Positions 25,472 through 38,664 are shown, numbered from the stretch's first letter. The stretch: DNA of 64,000 bases from Octopus sinensis (GCF_006345805.1 NC_043015.1:33232001-33296000); one strand, 5' to 3'. Notes: generated from the letters alone by a model not told the origin. Program-made: numbers and translations.

Positions 25472-25580
25472 GTTCATCAGCGCTTACATCTTCACTACCG
25501 CTATGGTCCTTACTCTTCATAAACGGAAACTTTCGAGAGAAGGAGAAATTGCTTTTCCTTTTTTCATTTGCTGCTGCCAC
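25472..25580 (-). CDS. dlg1: Dlg exon: I3-like HOOK insert (VAAANEKRKSNFSFSRKFPFMKSKDHSGSEDVSADE), 109 nt, phase 0-1
   Basis: Contains the FSRKFPF motif of the SAP97 I3 / Drosophila Dlg insert; aattccag| acceptor, C|GTAAGT donor. Confidence 0.93.
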
Positions 25581-25824
25581 CTGGAATTTAAAAACACAGA
25601 AACCATCAAATATGACATTGACCACACCACACAAACGTACACATTGTTTAAGACCACCACAGACACTCATCACTCAACCAGTGATATTTTCTGAAGACAA
25701 CAAAATACATATTTAATTCTAACTTTGGGATCATTTCCCCCCCACCAAAAGAAATATACAAAACACAAAGACAACGAGGCACACCAGGAGGTGTGTATGT
25801 AAAGGGCTGAAGTCTTTCCCTTAC

Positions 25825-25888
25825 CTTATCATTCCCTTTGCCAGTAAACTTGACAATCTTCAACCGTGCCCGCTCTTTACGCTCGACT
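25825..25888 (-). CDS. dlg1: Dlg exon: HOOK (VERKERARLKIVKFTGKGNDK), 64 nt, phase 2-0
   Basis: Matches Dlg VE.KERARLK.VKF; ctcaacag| acceptor, AAG|GTAAGG donor. Confidence 0.95.
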
Positions 25889-27550
25889 CTGTTGAGCAAA
25901 AAAGATAAAAGACAATAAAAAAGCTGACGAGAAGTCAACAACAATATTTTAATTCAGAAAAAAGAAAAAAGGAAAAAGAAAAAAAGGGGGTTCTAAGTAT
26001 TGAATGTCAACAGAAATAATAACTAAGTATAGGAGAATTAGTTCTAATGAATAAATATCTTAATCGAAATAATTAATTGGTCAATTCTGTGTAATGTCTG
26101 GTTGACATTGATGACATCCGTGCTGGTCAGTTATTCAATGGTGTGAGTTTGGGTGTGACTATGCGATTAAAGAGCAGTCACAGACGGCTGACAGAATAGA
26201 AGAACGGACAGTGTAATAGGGTAAAGAGGTGTTCTGTAGATTTTACACCAAAGCTGCAGTGTGCCTCACATCAGGTGTCCAAAGCTCAGCAGGTAAGTTC
26301 AAAAGAGATAAACCTGCAAAACGGGGGAGGCACATTTCACTGTTGTGGGCAGTAAGATTAATGTAGAATTCAAAAGTATTTCAGTAGTTTAGGTGAAGAG
26401 AATAGAACAAGAAACCATTCCAATGACTAAGTGAAAATTTCAATGAGGTCCTGAAAACATAGTATTTTTATGGAGATTTACAGACACCAGTCAAATAATA
26501 TGGTCTTCTGTACAACTGAAGAATTTCCATATGTTTTAGTTTTGATGGAACATTGGTGCCCATTCCTGGTTGTTCCATTCATGTTGGAATGATTATGCTA
26601 CAGTTTAGGATAGGAAAAATAGTTCTGCAGGAACGATAGGGATTAAATATTTGTTACTTCTAAATCAATGCTGAAAAATAGACTAAAATAACCAAGCAGG
26701 GACAGGAGGACAAACAGACTTCACTGACAGAAAATGAGCCAGATATAGTTTGGTAGTGGGTTACTCTAGGAAACACTGGTTACTTACTCTTCTCAAGTAA
26801 GGGACCATGAAGTGGTCTGAAGTACAGGAAATCAAGAGAAAGAATTTTGTAGTTTACGAAATGAACAATAAACTTATCTATCTACACACAAAATATTTTA
26901 ACATCTTTTTTTTTTGTTAAAAGCCTTTGCTATTAGACTCAAATAAGATATGGATTTGTTTCAGCTACGTAAACTATGCTGTCTACTCCCATAAGATAAA
27001 CCATCAGTCACTCGTTGTTAACAGGTTCTTACTTTACAAATATCCATTACAGCAAGCTCTTCAACTTTGTTTGATAATGGCTTTAATCATTTACATTAAA
27101 TGTAAAACAGTCCAGAAAACTCACCAAATATTAGACATAATGTATTGAACAGAAAGATATACATTCACTGTTATCTTAATATCCAATTTCATTTAAAGAA
27201 TAAAATTTACATGAAAATAACTTTTATGAAACAATAGAAATCCAATTTAATAAAGGAGCATTTATTCTTGTATTGTTACAATAAGACAGAACTGGAAAGG
27301 AAACTGTATTAAAGTAAGTTTTACATTAAAAGAAGCCTATAAGCTTTTGGTTGATAGAAATATGAATAAAAGCCAACATATTTAACAATTAGAATAAATT
27401 AGCATTTTAATGTTTTTAATTGTTACTAATTATTATAATTATCATTGTTATTGTTACTATTAATGTTATTATTAGTATTATTAAAGTATTATTTTAGTTA
27501 AATATTTTTGACTGACTGATTTAGGTACTTTTGACAAGAATTATTTACAT

Positions 27551-27810
27551 CAATGGTTCCCAACCATTTTTTAAAATTATGGACCCCTGTGATTCTTATT
27601 TTACTTGGATGGACCCTCATAACTATCTGATGTTTAAAAAAAAATCTTATTATATTTTTATAATTAAATATTATAAGGAATTGTATAAAAATAATCATTA
27701 AAATATTTTATGTTTTGTAGAAGTATAATCGTTTTATGTCGCATAAACTTTCACAACAAAGTCTTATATGGACTCCCAAGGGCCCTATGGACCCCGGCTG
27801 AGAATGACTG
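27551..27810. mobile_element. hAT (Charlie-like) MITE
   Basis: Ends caatggttcccaacc ... ggctgagaatgactg; homologous to 58849-59078 in the opposite orientation. Confidence 0.6.
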
Positions 27811-27890
27811 ATTGAATACTCTGACAGACACAAGGAGAGGCTCAGTAACAAACAGAATCAAAAGAGAAAACAGTAAGAGAAGTGCTTTAC

Positions 27891-28067
27891 CTTCTTTTAC
27901 TTGGGATTATACCCATTCCTTCTTCTTCCCCTTCTGGGGTGATACGTTTGGCTTGCCACCACTCATCATCACTGGCATTGGTTACATGTAAGATGTCCCC
28001 ATATTTAAATGCTAAGCCTTTACTTGGCAATCCGCTGTCTTTTGTGGGATCATAATCAAACAAGGCC
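27891..28067 (-). CDS. dlg1: Dlg exon: SH3 domain ([60 protein letters not shown]), 177 nt, phase 2-2
   Basis: MAGUK SH3 signature ALFDY...DDEWWQA...G.IPSKRR (visible in ORF 27887..28285); gattgcag| acceptor, AG|GTAAAG donor. Confidence 0.97.
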
Positions 28068-28210
28068 CTGCAATCAAAAAAGAGAGAAAACAAAAGCAGT
28101 TGAGAAAAATGAGAGACAGATATCTTGGTTAATGTTGATGAAATGGGAAGAAGGTGGTGGTGTTGAGCCTTCAACAGGACAACAACAATCCATCGACAAA
28201 TTCCACTCAC

Positions 28211-28231
28211 AATAGCCATGTGTTCATGAAA
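28211..28231 (-). CDS. dlg1: Candidate alternative 21-nt Dlg microexon at the start of SH3 (S-FMNTWL-L), phase 2-2
   Basis: tgcatttaacattttacag|TTTCATGAACACATGGCTATT|GTGAGT; phase matches the host intron; no stop. Confidence 0.55.
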
Positions 28232-28265
28232 CTGTAAAATGTTAAATGCACAGAAACAGAAAGAG

Positions 28266-28302
<37 letters not shown>

Positions 28303-28835
28303 GAGAGAGAGAGAATGAGGTTTAGATCCTTAACTTATTTATAACAATAGATGTTTATGTTGGAAACAAACAATACTGAAGGATGCACTCTGAATCCTTA
28401 ACAATATTCTGAATAGCGTTCATGTTATGTTTGGTGTAAAAACAACTCTCTCTCTCCGTCCCTCCATCTCTCTCTCTCTCTCTCACAGTGAGCAGTCGCA
28501 AATGTCTAATGCATGTTAAATTTTGTTTTTGACCAACAGCTTCATAGTATCACTGAATTAGCAAGTGGAAATAAACAATGAAGACTACAGCCTCAACCCT
28601 ACACCAAACCCAGTCAAGGACATCCCAGTGAGACTGGCCATTATCTGTTCTACCAGGAGTAATAGAGAGAGAGAGAGACACATCACAACTGTCCAACACC
28701 CACCATCAATACCACCAACACTTGTGTTTTGTATTAGGCTGACTGGATTGTTAGAAAGAAACCTTTCTGTATGAGAACAGTGTTCATTGGTTTGGAGATT
28801 TTGATCACATAATCTGTGGCCATTTGCACCATGTT

Positions 28836-28894
<59 letters not shown>

Positions 28895-31369
28895 TGAAGG
28901 AACATGCCTAATTATCTCAGTAAATTGATAAGTAGAAGGATGTCAGGGAGGGTGGGTGGTGGATTAAGTTTTCTTGCTGGGGGACCATTCAGCTCATGCC
29001 AGTAGGGAAAATGGGTGTTAAATGATGATGATGATGAGAAATATAGGGGGTTGGAGTGGAGATGCTATAAAACAAACAGCAATGGGAATCCGGGGTAGGA
29101 AAGTTGATATAGAGCTAATGAAAAGGTTGCAGTTTGAGGTTGGGTACATGTTAATATAAGGGAGGGAGAGAAACACACACACACACACACAACATGACTG
29201 TGGGTGGGACAGACTAGGCAGGGTTACATGTTAATGAAGCAGTGCTGGGCATGTAATTAGGAGAGTGGGGTATGTCAATCGAATACAGAACAGATTCCAC
29301 CAATCACTAGATATGGTGGGGTATCTGAAGTTACTGCACCATACTTGTCATCAACATCATTTACCACTACAGCACCACCATCACCACCAGATCAATATAT
29401 TTAATTCACTGACATTTATAAACAAAATCCAATCCCTCTCGCCAACCCTTCCCTACTTGTTGTTCGGAGACGGGAGAAAGAAGAGAAGAGGGTGTCACTG
29501 GCAGAGTCAATTATGTTTAGCAGAGCTCAGGGCAATGCAAACCGAAGTTGGGGGTTGGGGGTTGGGGGGGTGAGAACGTTTCCAATTTCCAAAGGGAATA
29601 CATTCCCCTTTGATATCAGAAATGAAATGGTAAATGTCGTTACTGGTAATAATCAATCACTGGATAGTTTTAGAATTTGCTATTTATGAAGATAATGACT
29701 ACGAAGATAACTGATGAGAACGATGATGATGATGATGATAAGAATGATGGTAATGAAATCAAATTTCATGGTAATATGATAATGATGATAAGGATTAGGA
29801 TGAAAGAAAGTAATTTCTGAGGGGAAAATCAAATGGTAGGTACTTGAGGACCATAGGAATTAATGGATGGGATACACTAGTGAACACAGTATTAATTAAT
29901 AGTACACACACACACAGATGCACGCATACCTGTGGTCCAGAAGTGATAAAAAGTGTGTACCTCTGAGAGCAGATTGTTAATGAATGCTACTTAATTAACG
30001 ATATATATTCATGGATCACAAAGTTAATTAAAGGTAATATAAAGATAACAAATCCAGGTTGGTTTTTTCAGTTAAGAAAGGGAAAATATTGAAACTTTTC
30101 GTTTTTTAATCTCACACATGAAGATGACAAGGAGGGCTTTACAAATCAATCAATCAATCTATTTATCCATCCATCCATCTGCCTACCTACATGTCCATAT
30201 ACATATCTATCTATCTACAAACATATCTACCTACCTACCTACCTACCTGTCCATACATAGCTAGCTGTGTCTGTCTGTGCCATTACCCCCACACAATTAG
30301 TCAAAATGCTTGAACAGCCTCCCCATCCCAAACCCTTAACACCATAAACTCTTTTTCAACCAGTTACTGTGCAGTAGCAACAATTCAGTGTACTTCATGA
30401 CTGAATATTATGGTAAACATTGAATGATATCAGCAAAGACAATTGTAACGTCAGCGGACAATATGGTACCTACAGTACACACACAGCACACACACACTAA
30501 CACATAGCCATACACTACCTGTGGTATATTTACACAGATGCAAAGTAAATGGTACACACACACACTACTCCATATACAGCTTATAAGTGAACACAGGGCA
30601 TATCTACTTTAGGCACACATACACGCATAATGCATACTATACACACATGCACAGCCTATGCCAATACAAAGTCCATGCATTCAGGTTCTATACAACATAC
30701 ACACACACTCACACACCAAACAGCCAATACAATGTGTGCACACACACACACATTCCATAAACACTGCTCCATATAACCTATTTGGAAATAACGTTAAGAG
30801 ATGATTAAAATAATGTGAAGACAATAGTAAAACAGCCAGTTTCCATGGAAACAAAATAGAATAATTTAATATTTCATTTAAAGACTAGCATTCTTTATTA
30901 AAATATACAGCAGCAGGCGGTGGTGGGAGCATGCCACATGCACACACACACACAATGTGGTGTGAAGCATAGAATGCTGAGCAGGAATGATTGTTAATAA
31001 CAATAGAATACACTGGAGGAAGCAACAGTGGAATACATCGACCCCAATATCTGACAAGTACTATACACACACACACACACACACACATATATATCATCAT
31101 CATCATCATGTGTGTATGTGCATTTATTATTATCATTGTAAAATCCACTTTTCCATTCTTGTTTGGATCAGTAGAAAATTGCTGAGACAAATTTTCTACG
31201 GCTGAATGCCCTTGCTGCTGCCAACCTTCACCTGTTTGCAAGTAAGGTAATATTTTACATGGAAGACTGGAAACAAATAAACATAGTTTGTATGGCATCT
31301 TAACAACACACACACAGTTCCATGCACACACAAACACAAAAAAATTCATACATATATATATATGTCATT

Positions 31370-31705
31370 ATTTAATGACCATTTTCCATGACGGCATTTG
31401 TTGGACACGGACACACAGTGTACATGCATATATATAAATATATATATATATATATTTTATATCCAGTTTCAGCACACAAGCTGTGGCCGTTCTTTTATAT
31501 GCTCCAGCCCAAAGGCAGTGGCTATGCTGGGGTACTACAACTCTTCTTTTAGTTTCCATCTACCATATCTGTTCACAAGACTTTGGGGGCTTTGGTTGAC
31601 CCAGGCTATAGTAGAAGACATCTGCTCAAGGTGTCCTAGTGGGACTGAACTTAAGACCACATGGTTGATAAGCAAGCTTTTTAACCACACAGCCATGCAT
31701 GCATA
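31370..31705 (-). mobile_element. SINE family A copy with internal deletions
   Basis: Reverse complement of head (..ttaaccacacagccatgc) and of tail motifs. Confidence 0.7.
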
Positions 31706-34149
31706 TGCACACACACACATAAATGAAGAATGCATGAAATACTACAAAATGCACATATGGGACAGACACAAGGACCCTAACCTTCCTCAGTTATTGACCA
31801 AAAATACTAATATCCAGTTTTGTGCCTTTAACGTTAAGACTGGGAACTTTGTATATCGGCAACAGCCACAAGATTTGCGTAGAATTAACAGTACAAGGTG
31901 GATGCGTGAAAGTAAACAAATGTAATTTGAAACGAAAGATGAAGACAACTAATAAAGCCTTTCAGACCAAACACGGGAATGATGGATGAACGCCTGGAAG
32001 AAATCCTCAAATGGATACAAAAACAGCATCAACCCAAGTAGATGAGAGACAATTGCCAGGGACAGCTCAAAGTGATGACATGTCATTGTCAAGGGAACAG
32101 ACCAGATGGGAAATAACAAACATCGAAGATGTAAAGAGTGACTTGCACTTCCTCATTCGCGGCCAGCCCGACCCTCTGATAAATGGTTCTGGCTCTTCTA
32201 TACTACCCTTGGCCTGAACAGCCACCTCAGACACTGGCAGCCTCTGCAGCCATCAAGATGAAGAGGCTCACTAACTTGCTATGGATTTAATACTCGGACA
32301 CGAGTTAATCCCACTGCTGTAAATGATTTGGGTTGAGAGAAGCTAGGTACCTAAAAGTTAGATTTATATAAAGGTCCATTTGGCAGTTGCATTGACTTTT
32401 ATCTTTCATCCTTCCAAGGTTGATGAAATAAGTCACCAAAGGGTGTGATACAATCAACTGTATTCCATTTGGCCTTGCAGTTGCATTAGAAAGCATTATG
32501 GTTAATATGCTGTTTAGTTGCAGGAGAGCTCTGATCCAGCAGAACTATAATGAAAGACAATCTAATCGTGACCATCTTTTCATTGTTGCTTTACATAAGA
32601 TGGTGGAGCATGATATGAGGAAGATTTGACTGCTATTTTTAGCAGATTTGAGCTACTGTATAGCAGCTCCCTCGCTGGTTCTATGTTGATATTGTTAATA
32701 GTAGTAGTAGTAATGTTGGTGATGATAATAATAATAATCGTTGTAGTAGTGGTGGTGTCAGAAGTTTTGGTGACAATAATAGTTGTAGTGGTAACAGTAG
32801 CTATAGTAGAAGTAGTGGGGATAATAGTAGTTGCATTAGTAGAAACGATGATAATAATAAGGAAGAGGAGAACATTATCTGAATATAGCAACCAGTTGAC
32901 AGTAAAACCTTGAAATTCTTCAGTTGATCATTTAATTAAACGGCAGTCATTTCACTGGGCATCCGTGTCTTTTGTCTCAGATCCAGTGGTGCCGGACCAA
33001 GCCTGAAATTTGAATGGTTGGTTTCCTCATCTGTTAATACAACAGCATTGCTATTGATTATCGACCATTCCACTTATTGGTGCCATTATATTTTAGCTTC
33101 CTGGCACGTGATTTATTTCCAGAGTGCTGGGGAGAAAATATTAAAAACTAACAAAACAAATACTCCACAAATTTCATTTGATTGAGTTTTTTCATTTTAT
33201 CTCCTTCAGCTTTCTCTGTCTTTTATAACAATCTTGCACCATTTTGTGATGGAACATATTTTTATTGCACGAGAGAGAGGGAGGGAGAAAGAGAGAGGGA
33301 GAGGAAGAGAGAGAGAGAGAGAGAAAGAATAAAATGAATAACTGAGATCCTAAGAGGAACTGATATAATTGAATTAATTCTTGGAGCAGAATTGAGCTGA
33401 AAGACCAGGAGAGGACATTAATGATGTCAAACAGTGTTTATAGAAGAGATGTCTGTCAAGGTATGGATGAGGGATGATGATGTATTGACCGGAGGGTGGT
33501 AGTGTTGTTGTTGTTGATGTGGTGGTAGTGGTGTCTTTGAGATTGGTAAGCAGTGTTGAGGTGGTGGAAGTAGATTTTATGGATATATAGGATAATTTTA
33601 TAAATAAACATTCAGTACTGACATGGAGAAGAATCTGGAAATGGAGCTACGAAAGAAATCAACCAGAACCGTGTTTCTTCAAGCTCTTTATGTTCTGGGT
33701 TCAAGTTCTGTTAAAGTCAGCTCTGCTTTTCATCACTCCAGCATTGATAAAGTACCAGTCATATACTGGAGTCAATGTAGTTATCTAGTTCCCACTAGAA
33801 ACAGTCACTAGTATTACTGGTATCAATGGGAAGGGCAAGCTCCAGAATGACTCAGTAAAATTCTTCAAATTTTTTGTTGTTCATACAAACTGGGATGTGT
33901 TTGCTTCAAAACAATTTAAAGTCTTTTTGTCACTTTATAAGGAATGAACCAACTTCTTTTTGGTGAGTTTTTCTGTTTTACAAGCATGGAAGTGCTGTCA
34001 ACTGGGCCTGTATAAGATTTACACATAACAATGGAACCTTTCTGTACATACTTGTTAAGTGTCCGAGCAATGCTGAATTGTTGAGTTATGTCAGATGGTC
34101 ACACCTGATACTCCTTTGAGTTTATGGCTATGATTGCTCTGCGGCCTTC

Positions 34150-34372
34150 TTTTAGCCCTATTTAAACTGGCTATATCAGGCCTCTAAGTATTATACCCAT
34201 TTTATGTTCAAACCAGCCAATTCTGGCCTCTCACACTGATCCTACAATGTCTTTCTAAAAATAAGCACTCACATCATTGAAATCTCAAAGCTATGCAATA
34301 ATGCATGATTAATTCAAAACAATATGAATAAATAAGCATTACATTTGAGAGAATAATTTGAATGCTAAAGAG
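34150..34372. mobile_element. piggyBac-like MITE, opposite orientation
   Basis: End aatgctaaagag|ttaa; internal similarity to the other copies. Confidence 0.65.
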
Positions 34373-34959
34373 TTAAATTGAGCAGAGACAGTTTTCTTCT
34401 GTCTGATGGCCATAATGAAAGCAGTCGTGTGATGAACAAGAATGTAATGTCTGAGGACAACTCTTTGGTAAAGCTCTTATTGGACTTTTTGAAGTTTCAC
34501 TTATAAATGAGGATGAAGTGAAGAAGGTGTTATGCACCAATGACTGAAAGTGGGGTGAGAGTAACAAAAATGGCAAGAGGGCTTAAGATCACTTCAAAAG
34601 CCCTGTAGACAGTTGGAGAGGTTGTTTGCCTTGGACAGTGGGATTCCTCAACTGGTCCTAGACCGAGAGCCTCCTCTGTCAGGAAGGACTGCATTATCAT
34701 CTCTGACAATTTATACACCTAGAGATGTTGTACTTCATCCCCCTCTCCGATTCGATTTTCCTATGGATACACTATGTCAGGCTTTTGCGATTGCTCCCTC
34801 ATTGACGGCCTAGTGGCAAATATAAGAAATAATTTTTGTTATATATTATTATGAAGGCAACAAACTGGCAGAATTGTCAGAGCATTGGCAAAAATACTTT
34901 TTTCAGTTTTACCAACTTTGAATATATTGCTCCTGTTTAAAACTTGTTACCTACTTTAC

Positions 34960-35190
34960 AATTCCATTTCAAGCTCTGCCTTGAAGGAAGCTTTACTTCT
35001 TGGACTCACGTTTTTGAGCGCAACAATATTGTTAAACCTCCGTTAACAGCACCATATGCAGGTCCTTTCCATTTTCTTTCATGCATGGATACATTTTTCA
35101 CCATAGACCTTAATGGTCGTAAAAACATCATATCAGTGGATAGACTAAAAAAGGCCTTCATAGAGAAAACTGTCCTAGTTCCCATTGCAG
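34960..35190 (+). mobile_element. Gypsy LTR retrotransposon integrase C-terminal remnant
   Basis: ORF 34944 reads THVFERNNIVKPPLTAPYAGPF..FFTIDLNGRKNIISVDRLKKAF (GPY/F motif and ..DRLK.AF). Confidence 0.75.
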
Positions 35191-36374
35191 ACGACACACC
35201 CACATCACATTCCAGGTACCGGACAAGGATTCTGGATTATTTTTCTGTTTTTTTCTTTTTACTAAATTTTTGAGAGCGGTCGGTTCATTTTTAGTATTCT
35301 CGTCTGTGAGAGCATTCGAGTTTATTTCAGATATTCTCATTTTAAAAATCATCTCCGGCTAATCATTGAGAGGACGTTGGTGTTACCTTGGTGGAGATTT
35401 GCACTCTCTGAGTGCTCTTATTATTATTATTATTATTACTAATTTAATCTATTCACTCTCTCCTTTTGACACTATTCAAAGAAAATTTCCTGAAAATTTG
35501 TTAGGAAATCACTAAATTCTTCATGTTAAATCAATACAAACTTATTTGAAGATGCTGATGGGGGGGGGGGGCAGGGTTAGTGTGCGTGTGAAGGAGATGG
35601 AAAAAGAAAAGAGATGATGGGAAGGTGGGGGTGAGACTATACACTTTACTACCACCACCACCACCACCCATCTTGTACATTATTATTGCAATCTGTCTGC
35701 ATGTCACTCTTCCCCACCCCTTTACACACACAGCCAGAACAAGGAGATTGACTTGCTACATTGTTAACAGTCAACATGTACGTATGATGCAATAATAATG
35801 ATAATAAAAATAATAATAATAATAACCGCAATAATAATATTTTTAAGTGCAGCAAGCAAAATAACTTATTTTAAAAAAGAAAAGCTATTTCTATTCTTTC
35901 TTCTTTTTAAAAAGAAAAGAAGTGAAGATAATCAGAAGGAGGATTGAAACTTGCATGACAGCTTTACATCTTGGCTGTGACAGATATGTAGGTAAAGAGA
36001 GAGAGATGGAGAGAGAGAGAGAGAGAGTAGGCACGAATGCGTGTGTCTTTAGTTCAACACTCAAGTAGAAACTTCAAGGGAAAGATTTTGAAATTGAAAA
36101 AAAAAACAAAAGACAAAATGAAATGTCATTTTTGATGATAATAACAAGTGAAAGGATTTTAGTGAAAAGAAAAAAGTTGATGTTAATACAGTGAATATGA
36201 CGGGAGGGGGGGATAGAGGGAAGAAAGTATAGGTGATGGTGGAGATGAGAAGTGATGTTAGTGAAGGTGGCAGGGGTTATGAGGGTGATAGTTTCTATAT
36301 TAGCCAGAGGCAGACAGAATAATATTATCTATTGAATAGGGAGTAATGGCATCTACACAGAACGATAACAATAA

Positions 36375-37550
36375 AGGCACAAGGCCAACAATTTAAGGAG
36401 AGAAAGTTAGCTGATGCCATTGACCCAAGTACCTGACCAATACTTGACTGACCCAGAAAAGATGAAAGGCAAAGTTGACTTCATCAGGTTTGAACCTAGA
36501 ATATAAAGAGCAGCAACAACTCCTGCAGTGCATTTCTTCTGATGCTCTACCGATTTTGCCATTTTGCTGGCCCAACAATGATAATAGCAATCCTTTATAC
36601 TATAAGCATACGGCCTGAAAGTTTTAGGGGACAGGTATAGTTGATTACATCTACCCTTGTAATCAACTGGTACTTGTTTTATCGACCCAGAAAGATGAAA
36701 GGCAAAGTCGACCTTGGCAGAATTAGAACTCAGAATGTACAGACCAACAAAATGCTCCTAAGTGTCATGTCTGGCATACTAACCATTCTGCCAGCTTACC
36801 AATACTTGTTTCCAATTTCAGCACAAGGCCAGCAATTTTAGGGGTAGGGCTAAGTTGATGACATCAACCCCAGTGCTCAGGTGGTATTATTTTATAAATC
36901 CTAAAAAACGATGAAAGCAAAGTTGACTGTGGCAGTATTTGAACTCAAAATATAAAAGAGCCGGACGAAGCAACAGCTAAGCATTTCATCTGATGATACT
37001 GATTCTCACTCAGACACAAGGCTGCCAGCAATCTTTGAGGTTAAGGAGGTCATTTGATATCTCCAGCCCAGAGTCAGAAATTTTAGGGGGAGGAAATAAT
37101 CAGATCAGACTAGTATATGACTGGTACTTTATTTTTATCAACCCAAATGTGATTTGAATTCAGAATGTAAACGGCTGTAACCAAATACTGTAACATATTT
37201 TGTCCACTGTTCAACTGATTCTGCTAATTCAGCAAAATTAATGATTCCTTTAAATTTTTGGTACAAAGCCATCAATTTTAAGGGGACGGGTTTAGTTGAT
37301 TACACTGATTCCATTGCTTAACTAACCCTTCAATAACTCTGAAAGGATGAAAGGCAAAGTTAGCCTCAGCTGTATTTGAACTCAGAACACAGAGAGCTAG
37401 AAAAAATGCTGCGAGGTATTTTTGCCTTAAATGCTAATAATTCTGCCAGCTTACTGCCTTTGTTTCAGTTTTTGGCACAAGGTCACCAACTTTGGGGGTA
37501 AGGGGGATTAACCAATTACATCAACCCTAATACTTGACAGCAACTTTATT
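36375..37550 (-). mobile_element. Head-to-tail array of about 6 diverged SINE family B copies
   Basis: Recurring gcacaagg.., gatgaaaggcaaagt, tttgaactcagaa and ttctgccagc motifs at roughly 200-230 bp spacing. Confidence 0.8.
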
Positions 37551-38664
37551 TGACAAAAATCTGCAGGAACGACAACTAAATACCACACTTTGTTTGACAA
37601 TCTTCTTAGTCTACTAATCACAACCTCATAATGACTACAAACACAAATATTGAGGTAGAAGTATTCTTTTATGAACGAAATAACAAAATAAAGAGAGAGA
37701 AAAACTTGATTTCTGTAACGGTGGTTGTGTTGGCCATTGAATGTGATGGGGGTGGGTGGTGTTGGGTGAGTATGTGGGAGTTGTTACATTGATTCAAGAT
37801 TGTTGAATAAGTGATAACAAGTAGTTGAACATAGGGGTGTGGGGAGAGGAAAGAGGAAACGGAGAATAAAAGTTAAGGGCTATGTTCCCAACTTGTTGAA
37901 GCTAGGTGCTGTCATATCCCCTACCCGTCCACCCCTCCACTGTGTAGACAAAGGGGTTAGCAAGGAGATGATGAAGTGTAAATCTACTAGTAGAAAAACC
38001 TAAACTAGTTGTGTATTGACTTTGGAATCAATGAGACAGGGGTTTCATTCCACCCCCTTCTCCAAACTGATGCAGTAAAGAAAAGTTGAGTCATCACTGA
38101 AATATAAGCCTCCTCCCACTTGATGCGCCACACTCACACTCGTTTGACATGCAAGTAAATAAATAAGATAAAAATATATTTCTAAGTGATAGCAAGCAGC
38201 AGATGAAAATGGTGGCTGATTGTGGCAGCGAGGATATTGTGGTTGGCTTGTTTTGTTGGCATGCGCTTTTGTGAGTTTCAATTAGATTTTAAAAGGATGA
38301 GGAGAGGGCGGGATCAGTATCTGTTAAAGTTTATTTGATAGAACGACAGTCCTGTAATCCATCTCTGAATCCTTTCTCTTCCCCTTTTCTGTACACCCTT
38401 TCTTTTTCACAGACAAACTGTTATCAATTTTACAGCAATAATATTATTAATAAACATCTTGCTTTCTTTAATGACTCATGTTTCCCCACTTTGCGTTCAC
38501 ACTTATTAAAAACATGCATTTTATGTTTATATGCCTCCGCCTTTCAATCTCACAAGCTTGTCGTTTACATTCAATGTTACACTCAACTTCATATATTATT
38601 GAGATAATCTTACACACATACATTTGTATACATAGTTATACATAACCCTATATATATGTACAAA

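Noticed and set aside
24211-25716. Long ORFs rich in CVCV / YIYI / HTHT (also at 30885, 47633, 51149, 53204 and elsewhere)
   Set aside because: Translations of (TG)n, (TA)n, (CA)n and (CCA)n microsatellites, with no domain content.
25425-25944. ORFs 25648..25944 and 25425..25673 as separate genes
   Set aside because: Each contains one short Dlg exon bounded by canonical splice sites; the flanks are intron.
26060-26640. Possible Tc1 remnant, and possible RTE endonuclease remnant at 31770-32260
   Set aside because: Too degraded to support by eye; needs RepeatMasker or an HMM search.
27887-28285. 132-aa ORF as a single-exon gene
   Set aside because: Only 27891-28067 is coding (SH3 exon); the rest is intronic read-through starting in a (TG)n repeat.
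32500-33130. Plus-strand nested gene (acceptor-like sites near 32523, 32981 and 33122)
   Set aside because: Short frames closed by stops, weak donors and no recognisable protein.
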